DNA of 64,000 nt, taken from Christensenellales bacterium (lineage in GTDB: Bacteria > Bacillota > Clostridia > Christensenellales > CAZKXV01). The notes under the pieces are model-generated. The model was not told the origin of the DNA. It was given only the letters and a program-made list of their open reading frames with translations, and searched no databases. The DNA is taken from positions 106,889-170,888 of the forward strand of contig JBMNLD010000002.1 of assembly GCA_050952545.1 (NCBI GenBank), written 5' to 3'. Both the position numbers and the translations under genes were made by a program. Below, one piece after another: positions 48,816 through 59,546 of the stretch; position 1 is the first letter of the stretch, and each line of letters starts with the position of its first letter.

Positions 48816-49618
48816 AAATTAAATTTATTAATATCGGGCGGATACACCTTATTCATATAAATTTTATGTTCGGGCAAAGATCCGCCCATTTTATTTATTT
48901 GATTTACCAAATACGCGGCAATGTCATTTCTTTGCGACTTTATATCTATTTCGGGATTGTATATAACGCCCTCGCCGACCATTATAGTCTTTAGATCCCT
49001 GGAGCAGTACACGGGATAGAAAGTCACGCATTTTCCCGTGCTCTCGTAATAGTGCTTTGCAAGGTGAACGAAACCTTTCTCTAATTCGTTGACATATTTA
49101 TACGGCGGAGGGATATTCTTTTCGGGATAAATTACCACGCTCATTCCCGATTCGAGAGTCTCCGTTGTCTTTTTGAACGCGTGGCGTATTCTCATATCGT
49201 GAAATACGGGTATTGAATTAAGCCCTCTGAAATAGAGGTTTATTAACGGCGCAAAAATTATCAGCAATATTTTTCTCAAGAATCCGGGTCTTAAATCGTA
49301 AGCGATTTTATGGTAAAAGAGCTTGATTGTATTTCTGTATGTCAGCATATAACCGTTGACCCACGGGCGTACCTTGATATTGAAATTGAATTCCATACTA
49401 AGCGGCGCCCACAGTCTCGTATGGTTGCAGATAAACACCGCTGGCTCCTTGGAGATTTGTGTCAGCCATATGACTTTGGACTTGCCTATAATAATTTTTA
49501 GAAATAAGTTCGCAAATTTATAGAAAATCCTCGGTCGCTTTATTCTATGGTAGCTCTTTAAGGGGCTGTAATATTTGCGCATAGTTATATTATGACTTTT
49601 TGGTTTTTTTATAAACAA
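48812..49618 (-). CDS. PlsC-like acyltransferase family protein
   Basis: FICNH, IPVFHD, VVIYPE and FYPVY; block I lacks the canonical Asp. Confidence 0.7.
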   Translation of the reverse strand: MFIKKPKSHNITMRKYYSPLKSYHRIKRPRIFYKFANLFLKIIIGKSKVIWLTQISKEPAVFICNHTRLWAPLSMEFNFNIKVRPWVNGYMLTYRNTIKLFYHKIAYDLRPGFLRKILLIIFAPLINLYFRGLNSIPVFHDMRIRHAFKKTTETLESGMSVVIYPEKNIPPPYKYVNELEKGFVHLAKHYYESTGKCVTFYPVYCSRDLKTIMVGEGVIYNPEIDIKSQRNDIAAYLVNQINKMGGSLPEHKIYMNKVYPPDINKFNF

Positions 49619-49684
49619 ATTGCGCGCATATTGACGAATATATATTTTTATGTTAAATTTTATTCATAACATTTAGGAGAGCGT

Positions 49685-50035
49685 GTGGCAAAAATTACGG
49701 ACAAAAAGGGAGAGTTAAAGCTCACCGTCAGAAAAATCATCGTAATGACATTTCTGGTGATGTTTTTTACCGTCGTTGCGAAGAGATGGGAATTTAAGAG
49801 AAGACGCGAATTTAAAAAATCCGTCAAATATAAGAGTTACGATACCGATTATCTGAAAAAAGTACTTGAAGACTTCAAAATTCTTTCCTCATGCAAAGAC
49901 CCTTATATCGAGAACTTTTATAAAAAACACCCGGATTTCAGCACGCTTCATAAGCTCTGGGTACTAAATTCCTTTACATATTGGACCGAAAAATTCAATA
50001 AGGAATTGAGGAGGAGAAATGAGAAAGCTGCTTGA
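49685..50035 (+). CDS. Hypothetical protein (N-terminal TM)
   Basis: AGGAG RBS with GTG start; overlaps the next gene. Confidence 0.55.
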   Translation: MAKITDKKGELKLTVRKIIVMTFLVMFFTVVAKRWEFKRRREFKKSVKYKSYDTDYLKKVLEDFKILSSCKDPYIENFYKKHPDFSTLHKLWVLNSFTYWTEKFNKELRRRNEKAA

Positions 50036-50879
50036 TAAAATCGACGATAAACTTGTCAATTATTTCGGAAATTATTGCGAAGTCAGGTCTTTGGACTTTT
50101 TTATCAAATGGGCGGAAGCGACAAAGCACAAGAGATACGGTAAAATCGCGAAAAGACTTTTTAACTGGTTTACCAAATATTACGCGGGCTTTGTAATTCC
50201 TACGGACGGCTCGCTCGGAAGAGGCGTAACTATTATGCCTTACGAGAATATACTGGAGCTCGTCAAGCGCGCCAAAGTAGGTCAGATCTGGCCGTGCTCC
50301 TGCAAGTCTTTCAGACCGACCAAGGACGACACGATACCGCGCGCGACCTGCATGCTGATTGCCGAAGTCGCGTCCCTTGACGACTCGATTACCAAATACT
50401 CAGACAGCGGACACCTACCGGCGGAGGAGGTTATAAACCGCATTAAAGAATGCGAAGAAATAGGGCTGATACATCAGATAATGTGTGTATCCAGCCCCAA
50501 CGGCCGCAAAATGTACGTGCTATGCAACTGCGACAACAGAGCGTGCGTGCCTATGTATATCAAGTGCAATTACGATATACCTATGGTCAGAAGCTCGGGC
50601 TATATCGTCGCTGTAGAGAATATTGACAAATGCACGGGCTGCGGCACCTGCAAAGAGAGATGTCTTTTCGATGCGATTAATATGGTCAATTCCCGCCCCG
50701 TTCTTGATAAGAGCAAATGCATGGGCTGCGGCTTGTGCGTTACGACCTGCAAGAGCAAAATCAGGAAAATGCAGCGCCATCCCGTCGAAGAGATACATAA
50801 ATACACTATTGAACAGCTCAACAGAAATCCCGAAAGGACAATAACAACAGACGCGGGCGCCGCCCCGGACAAGGAGTGA
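50019..50879 (+). CDS. 4Fe-4S dicluster-binding protein
   Basis: CTGCGTCKERC and CMGCGLCVTTC, plus additional conserved Cys. Confidence 0.88.
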   Translation: MRKLLDKIDDKLVNYFGNYCEVRSLDFFIKWAEATKHKRYGKIAKRLFNWFTKYYAGFVIPTDGSLGRGVTIMPYENILELVKRAKVGQIWPCSCKSFRPTKDDTIPRATCMLIAEVASLDDSITKYSDSGHLPAEEVINRIKECEEIGLIHQIMCVSSPNGRKMYVLCNCDNRACVPMYIKCNYDIPMVRSSGYIVAVENIDKCTGCGTCKERCLFDAINMVNSRPVLDKSKCMGCGLCVTTCKSKIRKMQRHPVEEIHKYTIEQLNRNPERTITTDAGAAPDKE

Positions 50880-53542
50880 ATATGGCATTCGGCTCTGGCT
50901 ATTTCGGCAAATGGATAAAAGGAGAGGGGGGGCTTCCCGCTTATAACTACACCTGCGACCAGTCGACCGACGATAAGGCGGTTACGCAGACGAACACCGC
51001 ATGGAAAGACAAGCGCGACCATACATTTATGTTCGGCAACGACCGCGTGGTCGCGACTTGCTCTAATTACGGATATGTGCAAATCAGGCAGGACGAGGGC
51101 ACGCCGAAATATCTTACGGATTATTATGCAAAAAACCGCCAGTACGGCGGCGGTTTCGGCTATCTGGTCTCGGACGATAAGGTCGTTAGCACATATTATA
51201 CGCAAGGTATGCACAGAGAATACGGCGCGTGCTATTTCAAGAAGGGAATAAAGAGCGATATCGCCGAAATAGAGCAGACGCTGTTCAGCCCGTACGGCGA
51301 CGACCCCGTAGTGCTTGACAGGATAAAAGTCACGAATACATCCGATAGCGAAAAAAAATATAAGTGGTACGAATACTGGGCGGGAGATACATATCAGTTC
51401 ACATTTACACAGTTTATAGCCGCGCAAATTACTTTTAACACCAAGAATGTCGGCAGAATGAGGCGAAGCTTCAATAAATCTTTTCTTAAAGAGTTCACCC
51501 TTTATCCGAACGGCGTAAAAAAATCCCTTAAGTATAAGAAAAAAGGCTTGTTTCTAAGAGCGGTAAACGCTATCGTACAGGGCTTTTTCAGAAAAACGGG
51601 CAGAAGATTTTACGATATGAAAAGGGCGTACGCTATGGATTTTGATCCCCCCGATACACTGCTGATTTCATTAAAGGGCAAGGCGAAAAGCCTCATTGAC
51701 GCAGATAAGTTTTTCGGCAAGGGCGGATTAACAAGTCCCGATTACCTGACGGGAGCAGAGGGACTTAAAGGCGATAATCCGATGATGGCGCTCGAAGAGG
51801 AATTTGCATTAAAGCCCGGCCAAAGCGTAACGCTTTATTACGCGTATATGTATATCCCCGACGGTTTTAACGCGGAAGCGCTGACCGATAAATATATCAA
51901 TACCGATATTGATAAGCTGTTTAAGGATACGCTTAATAAATGGCTTGCAGAGGGCGTTAGAGTCGATATTGCCGGCGAAGACTGGATTAATAGAGAGCTT
52001 ACCTGGCATAACGCGTATTTAAGGCAGGAGATGACATATTCGAGTTTTTATAAGGCGCATATACTGTCCCAGGGCGGTCATTACCAGTATTTAATGGGCT
52101 TGCAGGGCGCTCCTAGAGACCAGTTGCAGCATTCGCTGTCATATATATATTCCGACCCCGTAATCGCTAAAGAGCATATATTATTCACATTAAGGGAGAT
52201 GTCCCCAAAAGGCGAATTGCCGTACGCGACCACGGGAGAGGGATTGCTCTTTTCATTCGTAATGGTGCCGTCTGATTTGCAGTTTATGCTGCTTATGTAT
52301 ATCGGAGAATATGTGCTCGTTACGGGCGATAAGGATTTTCTGAACGAGAAATATACCGTATATCTTGAGGACGGCCCCGTCGAGCGCACCGTAAAGCAAG
52401 GCGTAATGCTCGCGTTTAAGTACGCTACTGAATTCGTCGGCAAAGGTCCACACGGCTTAATCAGGATGAAGACGGGCGACTGGAACGATCAGGCGGTTTA
52501 CGGCAGAGTGCCGCTTAACCAAATAAAGACCGTCCACAAAGTGGGCGAATCAATGCTCAATTCAGCAATTGCCGCGTATGCTTTTGATGTGTTCGCTAAA
52601 ATGTTAGAATACGCGGAAGACAAAGATGCGGCGGAAGTATCGTATATGTGGGCGAGCGATATCAGAAAAGCCGTAGAAAAGCAGTGGAACGGCAAGTGGT
52701 TCAAGAGAGCGTGGATGGGCAAAAAAGTCGGTTGGCTCGGAGACGAACTGTTATGGCTTGAAGTCCAGCCGTGGGCGGTGATATCAGGCGCAACAGACCA
52801 AGAAAAAAACAGAATACTCGCGGACAATATAGATAAATTATTAAGAACAAATCCCAACGGCGCGCAGCTAATAAGCCATAACCCCGATAAAGAGGAAAGG
52901 AGCGCGGGTCTTGACCGCGGCGTGCTTGAAAACGGCGGTATCTGGCCCGCAGTTAACGGCTATCTCGTATGGGCGCTTTCTAAAATCGACGAGGAAATGG
53001 CGTGGGACGAATGGCTGAAGAATTCAAGGGCGTATCAGGCGGAGGCTTATCCCGATATCTGGTACGGCATATGGAGCGGTCCGGATTCGGTAAATTCCGT
53101 ATACGCCAAATACCCCGGCAGAACGCAGAACAGTAAAAATCCCGTTACCGGCAAGAGAGAGAAGGTTTTCAAGCTCACCGTAGGCGTGGACTGGGAAGAT
53201 TTCCCGGTGTTAAATCTTCACGCCCACACCTGGCAGCAGTACACGATATTTAAGCTGTTAGGGCTTGAGTTCAGTAATTTAAGGATGATAATCAATCCGC
53301 ATATTCCTAAGGATAAATACTCGGTAAAATCTAGAATTTTCTCGATCGAAAAAGACAAGGGTAAATACTCGGTAAAATATTGCCCTTTACAAGCGCGTAA
53401 GATGGTGGTAGAATTTGTATTAAAGAATAAGGTCAGCCGCGTAACGGTAAATAACAAAGAAGTAGAATATACGACGAATGACAAGGGAAATATTGAATTT
53501 ACAATAGAAGGCAAAATTATTGATTTCACAGTAGAACAGTAA
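50876..53542 (+). CDS. GH94-like glycoside phosphorylase/hydrolase
   Basis: N-terminal beta-sandwich (GYVQIRQDE); GGHYQY..G.QGAPRD; TGDWND catalytic-like motif; ENGGIW. Confidence 0.75.
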   Translation: MNMAFGSGYFGKWIKGEGGLPAYNYTCDQSTDDKAVTQTNTAWKDKRDHTFMFGNDRVVATCSNYGYVQIRQDEGTPKYLTDYYAKNRQYGGGFGYLVSDDKVVSTYYTQGMHREYGACYFKKGIKSDIAEIEQTLFSPYGDDPVVLDRIKVTNTSDSEKKYKWYEYWAGDTYQFTFTQFIAAQITFNTKNVGRMRRSFNKSFLKEFTLYPNGVKKSLKYKKKGLFLRAVNAIVQGFFRKTGRRFYDMKRAYAMDFDPPDTLLISLKGKAKSLIDADKFFGKGGLTSPDYLTGAEGLKGDNPMMALEEEFALKPGQSVTLYYAYMYIPDGFNAEALTDKYINTDIDKLFKDTLNKWLAEGVRVDIAGEDWINRELTWHNAYLRQEMTYSSFYKAHILSQGGHYQYLMGLQGAPRDQLQHSLSYIYSDPVIAKEHILFTLREMSPKGELPYATTGEGLLFSFVMVPSDLQFMLLMYIGEYVLVTGDKDFLNEKYTVYLEDGPVERTVKQGVMLAFKYATEFVGKGPHGLIRMKTGDWNDQAVYGRVPLNQIKTVHKVGESMLNSAIAAYAFDVFAKMLEYAEDKDAAEVSYMWASDIRKAVEKQWNGKWFKRAWMGKKVGWLGDELLWLEVQPWAVISGATDQEKNRILADNIDKLLRTNPNGAQLISHNPDKEERSAGLDRGVLENGGIWPAVNGYLVWALSKIDEEMAWDEWLKNSRAYQAEAYPDIWYGIWSGPDSVNSVYAKYPGRTQNSKNPVTGKREKVFKLTVGVDWEDFPVLNLHAHTWQQYTIFKLLGLEFSNLRMIINPHIPKDKYSVKSRIFSIEKDKGKYSVKYCPLQARKMVVEFVLKNKVSRVTVNNKEVEYTTNDKGNIEFTIEGKIIDFTVEQ

Positions 53543-53553
53543 CGGAGAAAATC

Positions 53554-54309
53554 ATGTCTGAAATTGAAAAAAGGCTGGCGGAATCCCTGACAGCCGACGA
53601 TTTGGAAATAATCCCCCATTTACCTTATCTGTTACAGGATTTATGGGAGCTCGGCGCGTCTTATAAAGATATAATCGAATTAATCAGAAAGAATATCATC
53701 AAATACAAGAATTTCAGCGTACTCGATCTTGCGTGCGGCAAAGGCGCCGTTGCGGTCATGCTCGCGAAAAACCTCGGCGTAACCGTCAAGGGCATAGACC
53801 TCATCCCCGAATTTATAGATTACGCTAAGAGTAAGGCTGAAGAATATGGCGTAGACGGATTCTGCTCTTTCGAGGTTAAGGATATAAATATATCCGTGCT
53901 TAACGAAAGGGATTACGATATCGTCATTTTCGCCGCGGCTTTCGGCGTATTAGGCGATTATTCCAAGACCTTAAAGCTGCTCGCCCGGACGGTCAAAGAA
54001 AAAGGATTTGTTATAATAGACGATGTTATAAGCTATGACGGCACTCTTGCGCCGACCAAGAAACAATGGCTTAAATTCTTTGACGAGAACGGCTTAAAAC
54101 TCATTGCCGAAAAAAGCGTAAACGAGAATGAATTGATTTCTATAAACAGAAGCAATCAGGATTATATCATCCAAAGGGCAGAGGAATTAAGTATCAAATA
54201 TCCCGAAAAGCGCGAGCTCTTTAATGATTATGTGGAAAGGCAACAGGAAGAATGCCAGATGCTCGAAAGCGATATTGTCGGAGTAACTTTTTTATTACAG
54301 AGGAAATGA
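53554..54309 (+). CDS. Class I SAM-dependent methyltransferase
   Basis: VLDLACGKGA and GIDLIPEFI. Confidence 0.9.
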   Translation: MSEIEKRLAESLTADDLEIIPHLPYLLQDLWELGASYKDIIELIRKNIIKYKNFSVLDLACGKGAVAVMLAKNLGVTVKGIDLIPEFIDYAKSKAEEYGVDGFCSFEVKDINISVLNERDYDIVIFAAAFGVLGDYSKTLKLLARTVKEKGFVIIDDVISYDGTLAPTKKQWLKFFDENGLKLIAEKSVNENELISINRSNQDYIIQRAEELSIKYPEKRELFNDYVERQQEECQMLESDIVGVTFLLQRK

Positions 54310-54311
54310 TT

Positions 54312-54779
54312 ATGAAAATTGCGGTAATTGTCTATTCGTATACCGGGAATACTTTTTCGGTCGCTGAAAAACTCGTGGAGAAATTAAAGGCTAGGCGTAA
54401 AGACGCAAAACTATTCAGGTTGATAATGTCCGGAGACCCGCATATGGACTCCAAGAACTTTTCAATCAAGAATATTCCCGACTTAAACGAATACGACGCG
54501 TATGTCTTCGCTTCGCCCGTTCAGGCGTTTACGCTGTCCGCTTATATGAAGATGTATATGAAAAACATTCAACCGTTAAACGGCAAGAATGTCGCGGTAT
54601 TCGTGACGCAGAACCTAAAGCCCGTTTTCGGAGGAAACCGCGCAATAAAGAAGCTCAGCGAATTTGTCCACATGAAAGACGGAGCGGTCAGGGGCTCTAA
54701 GATTATCAAATGGACCGACTCCGAAAGAGATAAGCTAATCGACGAAAGCACGGCGTATTTGGCGGGCCTTTTTGATTAA
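54312..54779 (+). CDS. Flavodoxin family protein
   Basis: VYSYTGNT and ASPVQAF. Confidence 0.88.
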   Translation: MKIAVIVYSYTGNTFSVAEKLVEKLKARRKDAKLFRLIMSGDPHMDSKNFSIKNIPDLNEYDAYVFASPVQAFTLSAYMKMYMKNIQPLNGKNVAVFVTQNLKPVFGGNRAIKKLSEFVHMKDGAVRGSKIIKWTDSERDKLIDESTAYLAGLFD

Positions 54780-55879
54780 ACGAATATATTCTCCGGATAT
54801 TCGCCCGATAGATATATCTTGTGATTATTAATTAATCTCTCCGAACTGGGATTAACCCGAAGCGCCATATTCGAATATTTTATCGCGCTTTTTTTCATTC
54901 CGAGCCGGTAAGAGCTTATCGCCATAAGGTCGTACGGCGTATCATCGTACGAGAACGCCTCGCTCGCGTAACCAATGGGTCTGTCCTTTATTCTCAACGC
55001 GTATTCCGTAAAATAATACACGCTGAGCCAATCCTGCATTGAATGCATCAGCAGAGCCATTTCGATGTAAGCGTCGCGTATGTCGGGCTTTTCGGCAATC
55101 GCTCTCATTAACCAGCTTTTAGCGCTTTGATAGTCGTTTTTACCTATATAAGCCCTTGAAATAAAGCGCATAGACGCCGCTCGCTCCTCTTTCCATTTCG
55201 CCGAGGGCATATCGAGATATTTTAACAAAGTGTAAATGCAGTTATCCCATTGCCGCGCCATAAGATACTCCCTGCCCAGATAGTGCATATTCCGCTCCGA
55301 ATCGGGAAATTCTTTTACGGCAAGCTCAAGCAAATGCAAATTGAAGCTCCTGCTTTTTGCGGTATCAGGATAATGGTTGTATACCATTCCGTCTATGAAA
55401 ACGCTTTTTTCGCAGCCTTTGCCTGTAAAGGCCACAATTTCGTGAGTGGGGTAGTACCATTTATATCCGTGTCGCGCATGTATTCTCTGATACAGGTGTA
55501 CGACTCCGGGGCTTCCGTCCGGATTATGGCTCCACACATATTTGCACGAGGCTCTTGTTGTGTCATTCGTCCATGCGTCTTCAAGCGCTTTTCGCCAGCC
55601 TTTGGAGATTACCTCGTCCATATCCGACGATACGCAGATATCTACATCTTCGGGTATTAAATCAAGCAGCATATTTCTCGAGGTATCAAATCTGAAAGGG
55701 TTAACATTTAATTCGTGCACGGTCGCGCCTTTTTCCCTGAGTTTAGCTACGGTATTATCCGTCGAGCCGGTATCGCCGACTATAACAAGGTCGGCTTCTT
55801 TAACGCTGTCAAACCATCTGTCGACGAATTTTTCTTCATTCTTACATATCGCGTAAGCGCAAATTTTATATTTACCCAT
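54776..55879 (-). CDS. GT2 glycosyltransferase with TPR repeats
   Basis: YAICKNEE, VGDTGSTD, FRFDTSRN, SSDMDE; TPR-like C-terminus. Confidence 0.9.
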   Translation of the reverse strand: MGKYKICAYAICKNEEKFVDRWFDSVKEADLVIVGDTGSTDNTVAKLREKGATVHELNVNPFRFDTSRNMLLDLIPEDVDICVSSDMDEVISKGWRKALEDAWTNDTTRASCKYVWSHNPDGSPGVVHLYQRIHARHGYKWYYPTHEIVAFTGKGCEKSVFIDGMVYNHYPDTAKSRSFNLHLLELAVKEFPDSERNMHYLGREYLMARQWDNCIYTLLKYLDMPSAKWKEERAASMRFISRAYIGKNDYQSAKSWLMRAIAEKPDIRDAYIEMALLMHSMQDWLSVYYFTEYALRIKDRPIGYASEAFSYDDTPYDLMAISSYRLGMKKSAIKYSNMALRVNPSSERLINNHKIYLSGEYPENIFV

Positions 55880-55995
55880 AAGTCACCTATATTAAAATAT
55901 GCTCATTAATACTTTGTTGCATATCGTTTCTATCATAATGGCGAAATACGCATATAATGAATAGATATTTATTTATCTCAAAGGAGGAAAGTTTT

Positions 55996-56668
<673 letters not shown>

Positions 56669-56742
56669 TACCAAATATTATATTTAGGGCATATAATGAT
56701 TAGCCGATATTATCGGCTAATCATTTATGGAGGAAAGTAAAA

Positions 56743-57360
56743 ATGCACGATAGTAACGGAGATTTTAGAGACCGCGACCTTGAAAACCTGGATGTAGAAG
56801 GCAGAGAATGTAGAAGTTTTGTAAGAGATCCTCATAAAGGATGTTGCTTTTCTTGTTGCAATCCGTGTTGCAATACCATAAATTCCTGCTGCAGTCCGTG
56901 CTTCCCGTTCCTTTTTGACAGAGACCGCGACAGAGACCGCGACAGAGACCGAGACGACGAAGACGAGAGAGGAATTCAGGTAAATTTAGTAAATGCTGAG
57001 GGCGAAGACATCCCTAACGGCGGAAATGTATTGTTCAACGATATAATTTTAGACAGAAGCAGGGCGATACGGTATAACAGAAATTCGGGCGAGTTCACTA
57101 TCAAAAAAAGCGGCAGATTTCTTATCAATTGGTGGGTAGCCGTAGATGAGGAAACCGAAGGACCTGTGTCATTTGCGATAAGACACAGCTCGGGCGAAGA
57201 TATTATCTCTTCAACGCCATTAAATAAAGACCAGTTGAGCGGTGACGCGCTGATAAGAGTGAGGGATATAGCGATTGTCAGACTTGTAAATGTCAGCGAC
57301 AGAGCGATAAGACTTGCAGATACGCCCGTTCAGGCGAGCATTGTAATAACCGAATTATAA
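56743..57360 (+). CDS. Cys-rich spore-surface protein with an (RD)n tract and a BclA-C-like domain
   Basis: CCFSCCNPCC, RDRDRDRDRDRD, GRFLINWWVA and ASIVITEL. Confidence 0.7.
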   Translation: MHDSNGDFRDRDLENLDVEGRECRSFVRDPHKGCCFSCCNPCCNTINSCCSPCFPFLFDRDRDRDRDRDRDDEDERGIQVNLVNAEGEDIPNGGNVLFNDIILDRSRAIRYNRNSGEFTIKKSGRFLINWWVAVDEETEGPVSFAIRHSSGEDIISSTPLNKDQLSGDALIRVRDIAIVRLVNVSDRAIRLADTPVQASIVITEL

Positions 57361-57365
57361 CATAT

Positions 57366-57401
57366 ATTATTCCGCCGTTCGGTCATGAACGGCGGAATAA
57401 T
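57366..57401. repeat. REP-like palindrome (family B) / terminator
   Basis: attattccgccgttc-ggtcat-gaacggcggaataat; related copies at 24847-24875, 26239-26268 and 63055-63080. Confidence 0.7.
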
Positions 57402-57502
57402 AAAGTGATAATAATCAAGGACGCTGTTTATAATTATATAATTAGACATTATTATTAACAAAACAATGTTGACAATTGATGATTGTTATGTGATAATCTG
57501 AA

Positions 57503-58198
57503 TTGATTATGAATATAGGTAAAACGGCTAAAGAAGTATTGCTTGCGGTTATCCCTATGGCCGTCATGATTACAATACTAAACTTCATATTAGTGAAACT
57601 TCCGGCGGAGGTTTTTCTCGACTTCATAGGCGGCACGGTGTTACTTATTACAGGCTTTACGCTTTTTCTTCTGGGCATAAACACGGGTTTTTTACAGCTC
57701 GGGGAAATGATAGGCTCCAGCCTTATCTCCAAGGGCAAGTTGCCGCTGATGATAATTATGGGCTTTATATTAGGCTTTGTCGTGACTTTCGCCGAGCCTG
57801 ATGTTCAGGTGCTCGCGATGCAGATTGACAGGGTGTCGGGCGGCGCGATTAATAAATATTTTGTCATAAGCGCCATATCGCTGGGCGTAGGCGTATTCTT
57901 AATGCTCGCTATTATAAAAATCCTTTTCAAGCTTAAATTTGTCCATATATTGCTTATTAGTTATATGATTATTGCGGTATTGGCTTTCTTTACTCCCCAA
58001 GCGTATCTTTCGGTGGCGCTGGACGCGGGCGGGGTTACGACCGGTCCAATGACCGTGCCGTTTATACTCGCGCTGGGTATAGGTATATCCTCGGTGATTA
58101 AGGAAAATAAAGACCATGACAGTTCGTTCGGACTGGTGGCGTTATCGTCCGTCGGACCTATTATCGCTGTGATGCTGATGGGGGTAATTATCGGATGA
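57503..58198 (+). CDS. DUF1538 membrane protein
   Basis: TFAEPDVQVL and DAGGVTTGPMTVPF. Confidence 0.9.
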   Translation: MIMNIGKTAKEVLLAVIPMAVMITILNFILVKLPAEVFLDFIGGTVLLITGFTLFLLGINTGFLQLGEMIGSSLISKGKLPLMIIMGFILGFVVTFAEPDVQVLAMQIDRVSGGAINKYFVISAISLGVGVFLMLAIIKILFKLKFVHILLISYMIIAVLAFFTPQAYLSVALDAGGVTTGPMTVPFILALGIGISSVIKENKDHDSSFGLVALSSVGPIIAVMLMGVIIG

Positions 58199-58917
58199 GG
58201 CTGTTTCATAATTTTCACGAAGTGTTAATCGAAGTCGCTTTCGCGCTGCTCCCGCTTTTTGTCGCGCTGATATTTTTTCAGATTTTTTTGCTCCGGCTGC
58301 CCGCTAAAAGGCTGTTCAAAATAATAAAAGGTCTAGTGTTGACTTATATCGGACTAGCGCTCTTTCTGCAAGGCGTAAAAGCGGGTTTTCTCCCCGTCGG
58401 TCAGTTATTCGGCGAGAAACTCGCTTTAATCCGCAATAACTGGATACTTATTCCTCTCGGCTTTCTGCTCGGCTTTTTAACAATACTTGCCGAGCCCGCG
58501 GTCAGAGTGCATATAATCGAAGTCGAAAAGGTTACGGGCGGCCATATCAATAAGACTCTGCTATTGTATTTTATGTGCATAGGAGTGGCGGTAGCGGTAG
58601 CTCTGGCTATGGTAAGGGTGCTCTACGGAATTCATATTCTGTATTTTATAGCGCCATTGTATTTGGTCGCATTCATACTTGTCGCTATTGTCCCTAAAGA
58701 CTTTGCAGCTGTCGCTTTTGACGCGGGCGGTGTCGCGACGGGGCCTATGACGGTAACATTTATTATGTCTATGACTATGGGCGCGGCGGAGAGCTTAAAT
58801 GCCGGCAGAGCGCTGTTCGAGGGCTTCGGAATGGTCGCGCTCGTCGCGGTAATGCCGATAATATCTATATTAATTCTCGGATTCCTCTATAAGGTAAAAG
58901 GAGGCAGAAATGGATAA
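58195..58917 (+). CDS. DUF1538 membrane protein (paralog)
   Basis: ILAEPAV and DAGGVATGPMTVTF. Confidence 0.9.
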   Translation: MRLFHNFHEVLIEVAFALLPLFVALIFFQIFLLRLPAKRLFKIIKGLVLTYIGLALFLQGVKAGFLPVGQLFGEKLALIRNNWILIPLGFLLGFLTILAEPAVRVHIIEVEKVTGGHINKTLLLYFMCIGVAVAVALAMVRVLYGIHILYFIAPLYLVAFILVAIVPKDFAAVAFDAGGVATGPMTVTFIMSMTMGAAESLNAGRALFEGFGMVALVAVMPIISILILGFLYKVKGGRNG

Positions 58918-59236
58918 TAAGCTGATTGTCGCCATAGTAAAAGAAGGCTTGGCCAGAAAAGTAATCGATGCCGCAAAAGAATCCGGCGCAGAGGGCTCGA
59001 CGGTGATATACGGCGCGGGAATGGCGGATGAGAGCGTATACAGAAGCATATTAGGTCTTGATTATAATCCCGAAAAGGAAATAATTTTAATAGGCGTTTG
59101 CGCGGAAAATGCCGATAAGGTGTTCGAAGCGGCCGAAAAAGTTATAAATGCTAAAAAATCCGATACGGGAATTGTATTTATGTTAAAATTAAATATGTGG
59201 GCGGGTATCTGTCACAAAGGAGGTATTAATGCCTGA
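58910..59236 (+). CDS. P-II family nitrogen-regulator-like protein
   Basis: GAEGSTVIYGAG, PEKEII and TGIVF. Confidence 0.85.
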   Translation: MDNKLIVAIVKEGLARKVIDAAKESGAEGSTVIYGAGMADESVYRSILGLDYNPEKEIILIGVCAENADKVFEAAEKVINAKKSDTGIVFMLKLNMWAGICHKGGINA

Positions 59237-59546
59237 ATATAATCTCATTGTTACGATTGTGAACAAAGGCAAAGCGGACGAGGTAATGGAAGCCTGCAGG
59301 CGCGAGGGCGTAAAAGGCGGCACTCTGTTAAAAGGCAGAGGGCAGGGCATACACGAACAGATTAAACTTTTCGGTATCCATATCGAGCCTGAGAAAGATA
59401 TTCTCTTAAACATTGTCGAAAGGGATAAGACCGAAAGTGTCTTAAAGGCTATTAACGCCGCGGTAGACCTCGATAAACCCTCAAACGGGATAGCCTTTGT
59501 TCTTGAAGTCCAAAGAGCCGCGGGGTTGAGCCGAGATGAAAATTAA
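59229..59546 (+). CDS. P-II family nitrogen-regulator-like protein
   Basis: GVKGGTLLKGRG, PEKDIL and NGIAFV. Confidence 0.88.
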   Translation: MPEYNLIVTIVNKGKADEVMEACRREGVKGGTLLKGRGQGIHEQIKLFGIHIEPEKDILLNIVERDKTESVLKAINAAVDLDKPSNGIAFVLEVQRAAGLSRDEN

